This document shows, one piece after another, positions 1 through 11,847 of a stretch of 36,835 bases of DNA (position 1 is its first letter; each line of letters starts with the position of its first letter). This stretch comes from Octopus bimaculoides (lineage: Eukaryota). The stretch lies in contig NC_068995.1 in the NCBI RefSeq assembly GCF_001194135.2, forward strand, positions 21,184,369-21,221,203, in the 5' to 3' direction. The notes below the pieces were generated by a model, which was not told the origin of the DNA, made no database searches, and worked only from the letters and a program-made list of their open reading frames with translations. The position numbers were made by a program, and so were the translations under genes.

Positions 1-402
1 ATATATACACAATTCTATATACATATATATTTATAGATAGATAAATTGATACATGCATGTATGCATACGTATTATCATAGATTTGTATATACATATACTC
101 ATACAAACGTGTGTGTGTATATATATGTGTGTATGTATATATGTGTATATGTATGAGTATATATGTACATATATATATATATATATGTATGTATATATAT
201 ATATATATACACAATTCTATATACATATATATTTATAGATAGATAAATTGATACATGCATGTATGCATACGTATTATCATAGATTTGTATATACATATAC
301 TCATACAAACGTGTGTGTGTATATATATGTGTGTATGTATATATGTGTATATGTATGAGTATATATGTACATATATATATATATATATGTATGTATATAT
401 AT
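1..402. repeat. Near-perfect tandem duplication (period about 202 bp) of TA/TG-rich sequence
   Basis: atatatacacaattctatatacatatatatttatagatagataaattgatacatgcatg starts at 1 and again at 203; the ORF track shows the same peptide at 53 and 255. Confidence 0.9.
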
Positions 403-2058
403 CTTATAAATTATGTAAAGTGTTTTTATTGATTATAGCCCAGCAGGATGAACAACGCATGTATATTGCTTCACTTTCTCTCACTCTCTTTCTCTTTCTC
501 TCTCTTTCTCGCTCTCTCTAAATCTCTGTCTCATTCTCTCTCTCTCTAAATATCTGTATCTCTTTACCAATATTCATACAGTAGACAAACATACTCAGAC
601 GAACACATACACACACACGTGTATATACATAACTAAATTTATCTAAATATACGTAGAAAAGATATATTATAGTTACACATCTGAACATGCATCCACAGAC
701 ACAATTGCTCTCTCACACACACACGCACGCACGCGCGCACACAAGGACACATACACATNNNNNNNNNNNNNNNNNNNNNNNNNNNNNNNNNNNNNNNNNN
801 NNNNNNNNNNNNNNNNNNNNNNNNNNNNNNNNNNNNNNNNNNNNNNNNNNNNNNNNNNNNNNNNNNNNNNNNNNNNNNNNNNNNNNNNNNNNNNNNNNNN
901 NNNNNNNNNNNNNNNNNNNNNNNNNNNNNNNNNNNNNNNNNNNNNNNNNNNNNNNNNNNNNNNNNNNNNNNNNNNNNNNNNNNNNNNNNNNNNNNNNNNN
1001 NNNNNNNNNNNNNNNNNNNNNNNNNNNNNNNNNNNNNNNNNNNNNNNNNNNNNNNNNNNNNNNNNNNNNNNNNNNNNNNNNNNNNNNNNNNNNNNNNNNN
1101 NNNNNNNNNNNNNNNNNNNNNNNNNNNNNNNNNNNNNNNNNNNNNNNNNNNNNNNNNNNNNNNNNNNNNNNNNNNNNNNNNNNNNNNNNNNNNNNNNNNN
1201 NNNNNNNNNNNNNNNNNNNNNNNNNNNNNNNNNNNNNNNNNNNNNNNNNNNNNNNNNNNNNNNNNNNNNNNNNNNNNNNNNNNNNNNNNNNNNNNNNNNN
1301 NNNNNNNNNNNNNNNNNNNNNNNNNNNNNNNNNNNNNNNNNNNNNNNNNNNNNNNNNNNNNNNNNNNNNNNNNNNNNNNNNNNNNNNNNNNNNNNNNNNN
1401 NNNNNNNNNNNNNNNNNNNNNNNNNNNNNNNNNNNNNNNNNNNNNNNNNNNNNNNNNNNNNNNNNNNNNNNNNNNNNNNNNNNNNNNNNNNNNNNNNNNN
1501 NNNNNNNNNNNNNNNNNNNNNNNNNNNNNNNNNNNNNNNNNNNNNNNNNNNNNNNNNNNNNNNNNNNNNNNNNNNNNNNNNNNNNNNNNNNNNNNNNNNN
1601 NNNNNNNNNNNNNNNNNNNNNNNNNNNNNNNNNNNNNNNNNNNNNNNNNNNNNNNNNNNNNNNNNNNNNNNNNNNNNNNNNNAGACACACACATACACAT
1701 ACATATGTCTGCATGGATACATATGTAGGAATGTATATATGGCTGCGAATTTCTTTGCAGTTATATAAAATTGAGCTTCCATCTCTGCGATTTAATGAAA
1801 ATTAATGGACAAATACAATTTTTAACCTTCGCATGTTTCTTAAAAGTACAGCAGCGTTTACATATATTTCACTCTCTATCTATCTGTCCATCTCTCAACT
1901 TACTTCTTTTTCTCTTCTAATCACCTCCCTCTGTTCTATCCATCTTTCACTCTCTTTCTCCATGTGTGTGCGTGTCTTTCCCTGTGTTTCTGCGAGTGTT
2001 TCTCTCTTTGTCACTTTCTGCCTCTCTCTCTCTCTTCCTCTATGTAAAAATAGGTGTC

Positions 2059-2097
<39 letters not shown>

Positions 2098-2279
2098 TTA
2101 TACATTCATATATACATACATCCTTCATCTCCATCTCCGCCTCTGCAACATTTTTTTTTTTTTGGTGTTCGCTCCTCTCTCTCTTTGCTTTCTCCCTACT
2201 CTTTCAGCCTTCTGATTTTTCTATGCTTTCCATAAACTTTTTTTTCCGTACTGTTTTTTCTTCTTACATTTTAGGATAA

Positions 2280-2458
2280 TAACAACAAAGTTGTAGTAAT
2301 AATAACAATATTAAGCCTAATAGTAATTATAAAACCAATAATAACCGAAACAATTCTTCATTATCATCAGTACCGTTGCCCTTATCACAATCGTTATCAT
2401 GTTATGCATCATCGCCATAGTTGTTATTGTCTCAGTCATTCTGTGTGTCGTTGCAAAT

Positions 2459-2500
<42 letters not shown>

Positions 2501-2712
2501 TTCATAATTAACGTCATGATTGTCTTCGTCGTTGTCGTTGTCTTCACGATCGTTATCCCCAGTGATGATGATGATTATCAACTTCACCATCATCGCCATC
2601 ATCACTATCGTCACCATCATCATCCTCATCACCATCATGATCATGAACATCATCACCGTCGTCGTCGTCGTCGTCGTCTTCATCACCATCATCGTCGTCA
2701 TCATCATCACCA

Positions 2713-2744
<32 letters not shown>

Positions 2745-2790
2745 ATCATGATCATCATCATCTGCACCAACATCATGAGCAACAGCAGCA
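2280..2790. repeat. Mixed trinucleotide microsatellite (AAT/CAT/CGT)
   Basis: Runs of cat, cgt and aat; the poly-I/V/H/D ORFs are artefacts of this repeat. Confidence 0.95.
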
Positions 2791-4274
2791 TTTTGTCTAT
2801 TTTTTTCTATACTGTTAATCTACTTTACAGGGATATTTTTTTCCATTTTGCTTTCCTCTTTTCCCCCCATTTTTGCTGCAGTTAGAATTGCATTCTTGTG
2901 ACAGCTGTTCAATCACTAATGCAATACCGCTCATTTGCCAAAGCATTTATCGATTATCAATTTGTTCTATTTTTCTACTCACCACAACCCAGCCTTCTTA
3001 ATTATCATAAGGTTGCCATCTTCACAAAATGTCTGTCTCTCTATCTTATGATGACGCCTTCTGCACTTCATATAATATGACTATTAATTGTGAAATTCTT
3101 TCATTTTATTTTTTAATGGTAGAAAAAAAAGACGATAAAAAGTGGAAGATATGACAAAAATAAAAAAAATGAAAATATGCCAAAATCATGCGGTTGCATT
3201 GGATAGTAATTGTTCTAGAAGAGCCAGGAACATCTTGAACAATTGCAGTACTGCATTTGATTCTCTCTGTAGTAGTTTGATCCAACACAATCCCTTCTGT
3301 TCCTCTTAAGTGTTTTTCAAATATGCGATTGATCAGCGGGAAAAGAAAAACAACGCCAGCATGTGTGTGCGTGTGTGTGTGGTGTGTCCGTGCGTGCGCA
3401 CATGTATGTATGTATAGATGTGTGTATCTATGTATGTATATGAATGGATGCTTGCATTTTCTACTGTCATTTTTAAATTCCTCACCAATAGAAAAAGATC
3501 CGGTTTCTAACCCATTAGTTCCACAAAGTTTGTCTTTCTCCTTCTCCTGTAATTGTAAATTAACTTCTGGTGGACTACTAATTTCTTCTCTCTGTACACT
3601 TTTCTAGTCTTCTACTGTTGTACCTGGCCTTTTTTGCTTGCATTGTACTGACGTTTACGCATCAATGGCCGTTAGTATTCTTTCCTAATATAGCCTATTA
3701 TGATTCGATATTAGTATAATTCCTTACACCATTATTTTCTGGAATATCCTCAATCTTCAAGATACGATACTTTTTATCTTATATCATATCATAGTCTTGT
3801 AAGAGACATCACATATGAAACAAAATTCTTCTGCAGTCTCAATATGTAAAGACTTCTTGTCGTCGAATACATTACGTTTATAAAAGACACGTTGTATTTT
3901 GGATTTTGTAAAACGTACAATTCTCCACGAAATACAAGTCATCCTGACACTGCTTTATGTTTGACTTTTCAATAAAGATACTTTCATATTACCTTATAAA
4001 CAGCGTATCACTGCATTTAGCTATGAAGACATTGATTTTCAATGTTTGCTGCAGATGAACACTTTTAATTTTCTCTGAATCTACCATAAATTTTATTAAT
4101 TGTTGCTTGTTTCAAAATGTTATAAAGTGTTGATGAATCTGTGATATCATTCATGCACAATATCGTGAATATAATGTATTCGAGCAGTTTTATTTCAAGC
4201 TGCTGATGCGATGTTATAGATACATGCTTTAATCTCACACAATTCGCAATGTCATAATTCTTGCGACTAAAATA

Positions 4275-4315
4275 TGCCGGATTATGGGATACTGGATTAA
4301 TGCAGTTTTACTGTA
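4275..4315 (-). mobile_element. Tigger/pogo-like terminal inverted repeat remnant
   Basis: Minus strand reads TA+CAGTAAAACTGCATTAATCCAGTATCCCATAATCCGGCA, resembling Tigger TIRs with a TA target site; no partner TIR found. Confidence 0.35.
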
Positions 4316-5571
4316 GACATTTTGGTATACATCAACGTACCGAATATGAAATTAGTATCGGAATGACATTTTCGGAATGGCATTTTCAGAGGGTAACAGC
4401 CGCGTTAACCATTTCGCAGCCTGTGTCGGCTATCAACTTGAAGAACTTAGCTGCATCTTTATATATTTTGCGCATTATTTGATAGCTCACTTTCCTAGAT
4501 TGTAAATGCAAGTTGTGAATTAATGTACCTGTCGTTTTACAAAACCTATTTTAGTATTGTGAGTTACAGTCATTTTGAAGGCTTTTGAAGGGCGTCTGTC
4601 GGTCTTTTATTTCAAGCAAACTTACTGCGCAATAGTCCCACTTATCTGAATACAAAGGTTTTCAACACTTTTAATGCTAGTAGTCTCATGTTGGCAAAGC
4701 TGATCCATGTTACAGTTCAATCTCCGTCCTTTCAATTTAGATATAGGTGGCTACTGCTGATGTTGGTCTTTATTTTTATCAAGTTTTAACATTAAATTTC
4801 AGACACCATTTAGTGTTTTGCTGCGACTCAAATGCTATAAGCAAATGTCATGAGCAGCGTCACAGAAACCGTATTACGGAACCACTACGTTTTAGTGTCA
4901 TATTCCCAGGGTACACTTTTTTGCTAAATGTCCTATCACAGTATATGTCATCTGTTTCCACGTATCTGTAGCAATCCAGGTTGCGTTCCAGAGAACTAGT
5001 CATGTCATTACTAAAGATTCAGCTATATAAACTTCCAGTTTACCCATCTTTACCAAGTGTACAAACAAGGAGGAATACATAGCACGGACACATTCTCTTC
5101 TACATACTTTGAATATGTCGTAACAAGGTCAAAGACCTCATGCTTTCAGTTTAAATTCTTGTCATATAAATTTCTGGTTCTCCACATAGAAGCTATGTGT
5201 CAGATCGCTGTTTTTATCGTCTTGAGAACAGATTCAGATTTCCTGAGCAAACAAATAGGTTCGTATGTATGCATGTATATACATATGTAAGTTCATATTT
5301 ACAAATAGATGTACGTAGGTACTATGTATGCTTGTATATATATATGTATATATATTATTTTATTTAAAAGAGTTCCAACTTTGTTTCTTTATGTTTTATT
5401 TATATTCTTGTAAAATTAATGTGCGATATAGAATATGGAATATGTAATATATAATATAAAAATGGATGGTACAATGAAATGAAGTATTGAATGTCTTATT
5501 GAATATATGGAATATGTCTTATTGAACATATGAAATATTGAGTGTTCAATATAAAGGATTAAATATATAAA

Positions 5572-5615
5572 GGCGAATACGTATTTTCTATACCTTGTGG
5601 TATTTCATCATGGCC
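5572..5615 (-). ncRNA. Minimal type-I hammerhead-like motif, variant core CAUGAUGA
   Basis: Minus strand: ggc CATGATGA a atacc acaa ggtat a GAAA atacgtat TC gcc. Confidence 0.65.
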
Positions 5616-5653
5616 AGTATGACAGACTGTAGTCTGTCACAGTCTGTCATACC

Positions 5654-5697
5654 GGCCATGATGAAATACCACAAGGTATAGAAAATACGTATTCGCC
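5654..5697 (+). ncRNA. Minimal type-I hammerhead-like motif, variant core CAUGAUGA
   Basis: Stem I ggc/gcc; stem II atacc/ggtat with an A-A mismatch at its base; GAAA; palindromic stem III AATACGTATT; UUC triplet at 5692-5694. Confidence 0.65.
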
Positions 5698-6984
5698 TTT
5701 ATATATTTAATCCTTTATATTGAACACTCAATATTTCATATGTTAAATAAGACATATTCCATATATTCAATAAGTCATTCAATACTTCATTTCATTGTAC
5801 CNNNNNNNNNNNNNNNNNNNNNNNNNNNNNNNNNNNNNNNNNNNNNNNNNNNNNNNNNNNNNNNNNNNNNNNNNNNNNNNNNNNNNNNNNNNNNNNNNNN
5901 NNNNNNNNNNNNNNNNNNNNNNNNNNNNNNNNNNNNNNNNNNNNNNNNNNNNNNNNNNNNNNNNNNNNNNNNNNNNNNNNNNNNNNNNNNNNNNNNNNNN
6001 NNNNNNNNNNNNNNNNNNNNNNNNNNNNNNNNNNNNNNNNNNNNNNNNNNNNNNNNNNNNNNNNNNNNNNNNNNNNNNNNNNNNNNNNNNNNNNNNNNNN
6101 NNNNNNNNNNNNNNNNNNNNNNNNNNNNNNNNNNNNNNNNNNNNNNNNNNNNNNNNNNNNNNNNNNNNNNNNNNNNNNNNNNNNNNNNNNNNNNNNNNNN
6201 NNNNNNNNNNNNNNNNNNNNNNNNNNNNNNNNNNNNNNNNNNNNNNNNNNNNNNNNNNNNNNNNNNNNNNNNNNNNNNNNNNNNNNNNNNNNNNNNNNNN
6301 NNNNNNNNNNNNNNNNNNNNNNNNNNNNNNNNNNNNNNNNNNNNNNNNNNNNNNNNNNNNNNNNNNNNNNNNNNNNNNNNNNNNNNNNNNNNNNNNNNNN
6401 NNNNNNNNNNNNNNNNNNNNNNNNNNNNNNNNNNNNNNNNNNNNNNNNNNNNNNNNNNNNNNNNNNNNNNNNNNNNNNNNNNNNNNNNNNNNNNNNNNNN
6501 NNNNNNNNNNNNNNNNNNNNNNNNNNNNNNNNNNNNNNNNNNNNNNNNNNNNNNNNNNNNNNNNNNNNNNNNNNNNNNNNNNNNNNNNNNNNNNNNNNNN
6601 NNNNNNNNNNNNNNNNNNNNNNNNNNNNNNNNNNNNNNNNNNNNNNNNNNNNNNNNNNNNNNNNNNNNNNNNNNNNNNNNNNNNNNNNNNNNNNNNNNNN
6701 NNNNNNNNNNNNNNNNNNNNATATACATATATTTATATAGATAGGATGATAAATTGAATATTAATTCAATTTAAAATCAAGTGGCCTAGCATATAACAAA
6801 TCTGAAAATTCAGAAAAAATTGTATTACACGTGTATAAGGGATGACCACTAGGTGGACATCCAATATGCTAGAAAGAGGTCATCCACGACCCAACCACAA
6901 AGAAAAATAATGTTCTCCACAAAAATTCCGCAAAACGCCAGAACAGGACAAAATGAGAAATATACAGAATAAAAATTATCTAAA

Positions 6985-7265
6985 GTCTGTCATAACGGCC
7001 ATGACGAAGGGAAATAACCCTGAAACTCGAGTCGCCTTTATATATTTATATTTATATTTATATATTTGATCCTTTATATTGAACACTCAATATTTCATCT
7101 ACATTCAATACTTTATTTCATGGTGCCATCCATTTTAATTTTATTTTATTTTATATTATATATTGTATATTCCATATTCTATACCCCACATTGGTTCTGC
7201 AGGAATATAAATGAAACATAAAAAACAGACAGTGTTGGAACTCTTTTAAACAAAATAATATATTC
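6985..7265 (+). mobile_element. Diverged third copy of the same pseudo-LTR family
   Basis: agtctgtcata-cggccatga...gcctttatatattt...tgaacactcaatatttcat...gttggaactcttttaaa aligns with the reverse complement of 5343-5630. Confidence 0.8.
6997..7036 (+). ncRNA. Minimal type-I hammerhead-like motif, variant core CAUGACGA
   Basis: ggc CATGACGA aggg aaataa ccct GAAA ctcgag TC gcc: perfect 4-bp stem II, palindromic stem III ACTCGAGT, GUC triplet at 7031-7033. Confidence 0.75.
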
Positions 7266-7829
7266 CTCTATACACAATCATACAAAAAACCCACCTTTTT
7301 TGTATTTATTTTTACTCGCATATATATATATANNNNNNNNNNNNNNNNNNNNNNNNNNNNNNNNNNNNNNNNNNNNNNNNNNNNNNNNNNNNNNNNNNNN
7401 NTTATATGAGCAACACACACATACACACGCACGTATGTACACCAATTGCATACATATTTTTTGTACGCATACATGTTCGTATGTGTGTGTGTGTGTTGCC
7501 CGTATATCAACAAAACACACACACCTTGCCTTACATATATATACGGATAAATGATTTGGAATAAATATATTTTGGAAATGGCGATTTAAACGTGAAAATC
7601 AGACCACATGGGTTTGTTTACATCAATTCGGCAGAGATAGAGAGATCGCGCTCTCCCTCTCTATCGCCCTCCCTCCCTTACACACATTTATCTCTCCTTC
7701 TTTCTTTCTTTCTCTCTCTGCCTGTCTCACACACACAGCAACATTACACACACACACATGCTGCTCTCTCACACTAACAAAAGAACTTCACATACACACC
7801 ACACTTTCTGTCTGTCTGGCCTGAGGGTT

Positions 7830-9580
7830 GCCTCCTCTCAGGTATGCCGATGCATGAACGGAGGCAACCAGAGTCTCTGCTCGATGTCACAAGCATGCTT
7901 TTTATGGAGCAAATAGTGCTCCACAACAACCAGGTCAATAGAATGTCCTGGACCTCTGCTTCGTCTATGATGTTAAGGTGATACCGACGATTCTCACGGA
8001 CTCAGTAGAGCTAACAATGAATGGTCCGACCAAAACTGCAGACATTCAGGCTACTAGAAGTACTCAATTCCCCTCAAGCCTGAACTTACAAAAAGCTGAT
8101 TGACAAGGAGGTCATGAAACAAAACTGATTTACAAGTCTGTATATGCAGGAAGATATTGGCATAAAGCTACAGCACTCTATGACAATCATGCATTATATA
8201 TGCAATAAATTTGCTCCAGAGACAATGCCAAGTCAACAGAAAAATACAATTCCCAATGATATGAGGATTCTAATGAGACAACGAGCAAAAATCTCAAACC
8301 GGGCCATGATGAGATAGCAAAAGATCCTGTCTGAAACAAACTTTGGTCGAGATTGAATATAAGCACAAACACTCCCATCAAAAGCAAAGGGCAGAGAAAG
8401 AAGACAGGGCTGTAAAAATATAAAGAAAAACCGAAAAATGTTCAATAGATTTGCAAGAGTCTGCTCCAGTAAGGTTCATGATAGGGCAGCTGTACGAAGA
8501 AAATGGCTCAGCGACGGCGGACCCCAGAAGATCAGTGAAATACTGAATGTACAATACAAGAATGCTTTCACAACTCCATTGGGGGACTTGAAAATAGCTA
8601 TGCCTGATGAGTTTTTTGGCACTACATCTCTACACAAACAAATGGCAATTATTGATAACATAGAAAACAAGGAAACATATGTAAGATCAGGCATTGATGA
8701 AATGAGCTCAAACTCAGACACAGGCCCTGATGGATATCCGGCAATAATCCTTAAGGAATGCAGAGGGTTACAAGCAAGACCACTACAGATCTTCTTGCTC
8801 AGACTCCTCGCAGCTGGGTGACTTCCTAGATAGCTGAAACAAGACATAATATGTCCTATTCATAAGAGAGATAGCAGAGCGAATGCTAACAATTATAAAC
8901 CTGTCTCTCTTACCTCCCATGTCAGCAAAGTTATAGAACTCTTTTCGAGGAAGAAACTGGTCGAGTACTTTGAAGATAATAACTTGCTCCCTGATAATCA
9001 GCATGGTTCCGTTTAGGAAGAAGCTGCCTAACACAGCTTTGCAGCATTATTAATCGGTACTGAAACAACTAATCAATCGCTGAAACGTGGATGTGATATG
9101 TTGACTTTGCAAAGACCTTTGATAAGGTCAATATTGAGATATGTCAAAAGCTATGGAGACTCGGCATGAAAGAAAACTGAGAGAGTGATTACAGGAAATT
9201 TTAAAGGAGAGAAGCCATACGGTAGTAGCCAATAGCTCCCTCTCCAAGGAGATAGTAATAGGGGGTGGAGTGGCTCAGGAAACTGTCTTGGGGCCGCTGC
9301 CGTTTATAGCGAATCGCTCGGACATGCCATCAGTTACTCAGGCAGCCAGACTTCCTAGCAATTCCGACGACACAAAATTAGTACAAGCAGTCAAGGAAAC
9401 TTCCGATTCTAATCTGCAACAGAAAGACTTAGATTTCATATATAAATAGACTGAAAAAAACACTATGCAATTTGATCCAGGTAAATGCCAAGTCTTCCAT
9501 TATAAGGTGGCCAATGCACACATAACGTAACAACAATACTGTGGACCCAAACCAGCGGCAATCCCAGCGGCAATCAAATA
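7830..9580 (+). mobile_element. Decayed CR1-type non-LTR retrotransposon ORF2 (end of APE endonuclease plus RT)
   Basis: Translated remnants: FMEQIV, NVLDLCF, LNLQKAD, TGPDGYPAIILKEC, ICPIHK..SR...NNYKPVSLTSHVSKVIE, DNQHG..GRSCLT, GVAQETVLGPLPFI, SDDTKLV, MQFDPGKCQV; many stops and frameshifts. Confidence 0.9.
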
Positions 9581-9677
9581 CTGTACGTAATGTACAATAC
9601 ATAATGTCAAATACCGGGGGTAAAGTAATATGCTTTATTATTAAAGCTGCAAAAACATTAAACAAATATCACAAAAA

Positions 9678-9716
9678 TCTTCTACTCAGAGTTTCACGTT
9701 CCTATTCATCAGGTAA
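9678..9716 (-). ncRNA. Degenerate minimal hammerhead-like motif
   Basis: Minus strand: ttac CTGATGA ata ggaa cgt GAAA ctctgag TA agaag; intact core and near-palindromic stem III ACTCTGAGT, but stems I and II are eroded. Confidence 0.5.
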
Positions 9717-9728
9717 TTGTGGTGACAA

Positions 9729-9772
9729 CTGCCTGACGCGCGGGAACGTGAAACTTTGACTTTGGGTAGCAG
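9729..9772 (+). ncRNA. Degenerate minimal hammerhead-like motif
   Basis: ctgc CTGACGC gcg ggaa cgt GAAA ctttgactttggg TA gcag: 4-bp stem I, A9 replaced by C, short duplication in stem III. Confidence 0.55.
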
Positions 9773-10337
9773 CTTTTTTGTGATATTTCTGTGATGTTTT
9801 GCGAATTTAGTAATATATATATNNNNNNNNNNNNNNNNNNNNNNNNNNNNNNNNNNNNNNNNNNNNNNNNNNNNNNNNNNNNNNNNNNNNNNNNNNNNNN
9901 NNNNNNNNNNNNNNNNNNNNNNNNNNNNNNNNNNNNNNNNNNNNNNNNNNNNNNNNNNNNNNNNNNNNNNNNNNNNNNNNNNNNNNNNNNNNNNNNNNNN
10001 NNNNNNNNNNNNNNNNNNNNNNNNNNNNNNNNNNNNNNNNNNNNNNNNNNNNNNNNNNNNNNNNNNNNNNNNNNNNNNNNNNNNNNNNNNNNNNNNNNNN
10101 NNNNNNNNNNNNNNNNNNNNNNNNNNNNNNNNNNNNNNNNNNNNNNNNNNNNNNNNNNNNNNNNNNNNNNNNNNNNNNNNNNNNNNNNNNNNNNNNNNNN
10201 NNNNNNNNNNNNNNNNNNNNNNNNNNNNNNNNNNNNNNNNNNNNNNNNNNNNNNNNNNNNNNNNNNNNNNNNNNNNNNNNNNNNNNNNNNNNNNNNNNNN
10301 NNNNTATATATATATCGCACTTCTATCTGCTGCTTAC

Positions 10338-10391
<54 letters not shown>

Positions 10392-10586
10392 GTCTACGTT
10401 TAATGGACTTTCTATATATTGGTAGTCTTACACCCACTACACTAACGATATTGACATTAAATACTTTTACAGAATACGTTTGTTAGTTCGTATTTCTTAG
10501 TGGTATTCTGAGTGTCATGGCTGATCGATTCTCTAATTTTTTAAAAAATAATTAATGCGACAGAAGCAGTGTTAATACAGAAGGTA

Positions 10587-11075
10587 TAATTTATCACCAC
10601 TTAAGACTGGATGCTGCGTTAAAATACACAATATAGCGTTATTTCCCATGAGAGTAATTCTCATATGTTTCGTGGTTCGTAAAGCACTTCATTGTTTACA
10701 TCGCTAGTGGCAGACAATCAACGCCGCGTCCGCTGCTAGGACTACCAGAGGATATGATTTCACCCTTGTTTGGCCTTGTCAATGGTAGATACCTGTCTAC
10801 TGGAAATAACAGTAACGTATTGGGGCTGTGACTCTGTTTACATTACTGGCAGAGTCCTTACTGCTGTTTTCGGCAGTCAGGTATCTACAAGGCGAAAACA
10901 GACCGAAATCACGGGCGCTCGTATCCTGGCAACAGAAGCAGTGGTTGTCTGCCGTTACTGATGAAAATAGTGACGTGCTTATGCGCACCAAGAAACCATG
11001 AGAGGTGCTCTCACGGTAAATATCGCAGTATTGTGCATTATAACGCAAATTCCACTTTTCAGTGGTGATAAATTT
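10587..11075. mobile_element. MITE-like/foldback repeat with strongly diverged arms
   Basis: 14-bp perfect terminal inverted repeat aatttatcaccact/agtggtgataaatt; arms 10588-10797 and about 10875-11074 align loosely in inverted orientation. Confidence 0.65.
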
Positions 11076-11239
11076 CACCGTCTAAAAATTTTACTAAAAT
11101 GAACCGTTCAGAATCACTGTTATGAATCGTTGATGTAAGATCTTAAGAATATTTTCTTATGAAACAATGTGTCATAATAAGCATTAGGTGATTAGAAGAG
11201 TAAACAAGGTATTTTGTTCGGCATCCTACTAATTCTACC

Positions 11240-11762
11240 AGCTCATGTAGTACTACCAGTGGCACTCATGGTTTCCGGTCTTAACTGATTAGAAGCGTTA
11301 TCATGTACACGTTGTGTCTTGGGCTACAGCAAATATTTTGCAATACCACAGATTTGCTTGCTAGCTACTTGACCTTAAGCAGTTGACCACATCTCTTATT
11401 GCCTGACGATATGTGCAGCTCTGACCACAAGCAGAAATAGTGGTGGGGTGCATCATAACCATATATTGAGGGGGTTTGAATAATTCCCTTATGGAAACAT
11501 GAGTGCTTCGTCCATCATCCTTAAACAAACATTGTTCATGGACCTACTGAGCGGGAAGGGCTATTTAACCTGAACAAAATTCTAACTCGGGCCACTCCTG
11601 CAAGGACATGCGCTGTTTATCTTGACAGGGGATCACCATGTCACGCACATGTTTGGGATGCACATGCCTGGCGTACCCTTATCAGCTGGGTAGTCATGAG
11701 TATATTGGGCTTCGTATATTTGTACCCGTGTTATTTTCATGATATGCGCTGCTTTCTCACTC
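11240..11762 (+). mobile_element. 3' end of a LINE (probably R4/Dong-like) terminating in (AAT)n
   Basis: Unique sequence ending tgcgctgctttctcactc followed directly by (aat)n at 11762-11846; recognised as a common octopus repeat tail; no ORF seen. Confidence 0.5.
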
Positions 11763-11775
11763 AATAATAATAATG

Positions 11776-11846
<71 letters not shown>

Positions 11847-11847
<1 letters not shown>

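Larger units (their letters stand above)
5343..5801. mobile_element. Foldback element (inverted PLE pseudo-LTR pair)
   Basis: Arms 5468-5630 and 5639-5801 (163 bp each, at least 3 mismatches) around an 8-bp spacer; right arm is cut by the N gap; left arm extends to about 5343 by homology with 7034-7265. Confidence 0.85.
9636..9818. mobile_element. Short diverged foldback carrying two outward HHR-like motifs
   Basis: aaatatcacaaaaa/tttttgtgatattt, agtttcacgttcc/ggaacgtgaaact and tcaggtaattgt/acaactgcctga pair around centre 9721-9724; right arm runs into the gap. Confidence 0.75.

Noticed and set aside
2317-2885. His/Arg/Asp-rich ORFs resembling low-complexity proteins
   Set aside because: Open in several frames on both strands because of the CAT/CGT repeat; no splice or homology support
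3650-5050. Possible DNA transposase remnants (for example YCDRTF resembling a MULE DGTF motif, or a Tigger HTH)
   Set aside because: Only isolated few-residue similarities, with stops in all frames
5050-5110. KCTNKEEYIART resembling a GIY-YIG YIG motif
   Set aside because: Too short, and wrongly oriented relative to the adjacent pLTR arm
11400-11470. CTGACGA ... GAAA in the LINE tail
   Set aside because: No stem II closing pair, no UH triplet after a stem III, and no stem I
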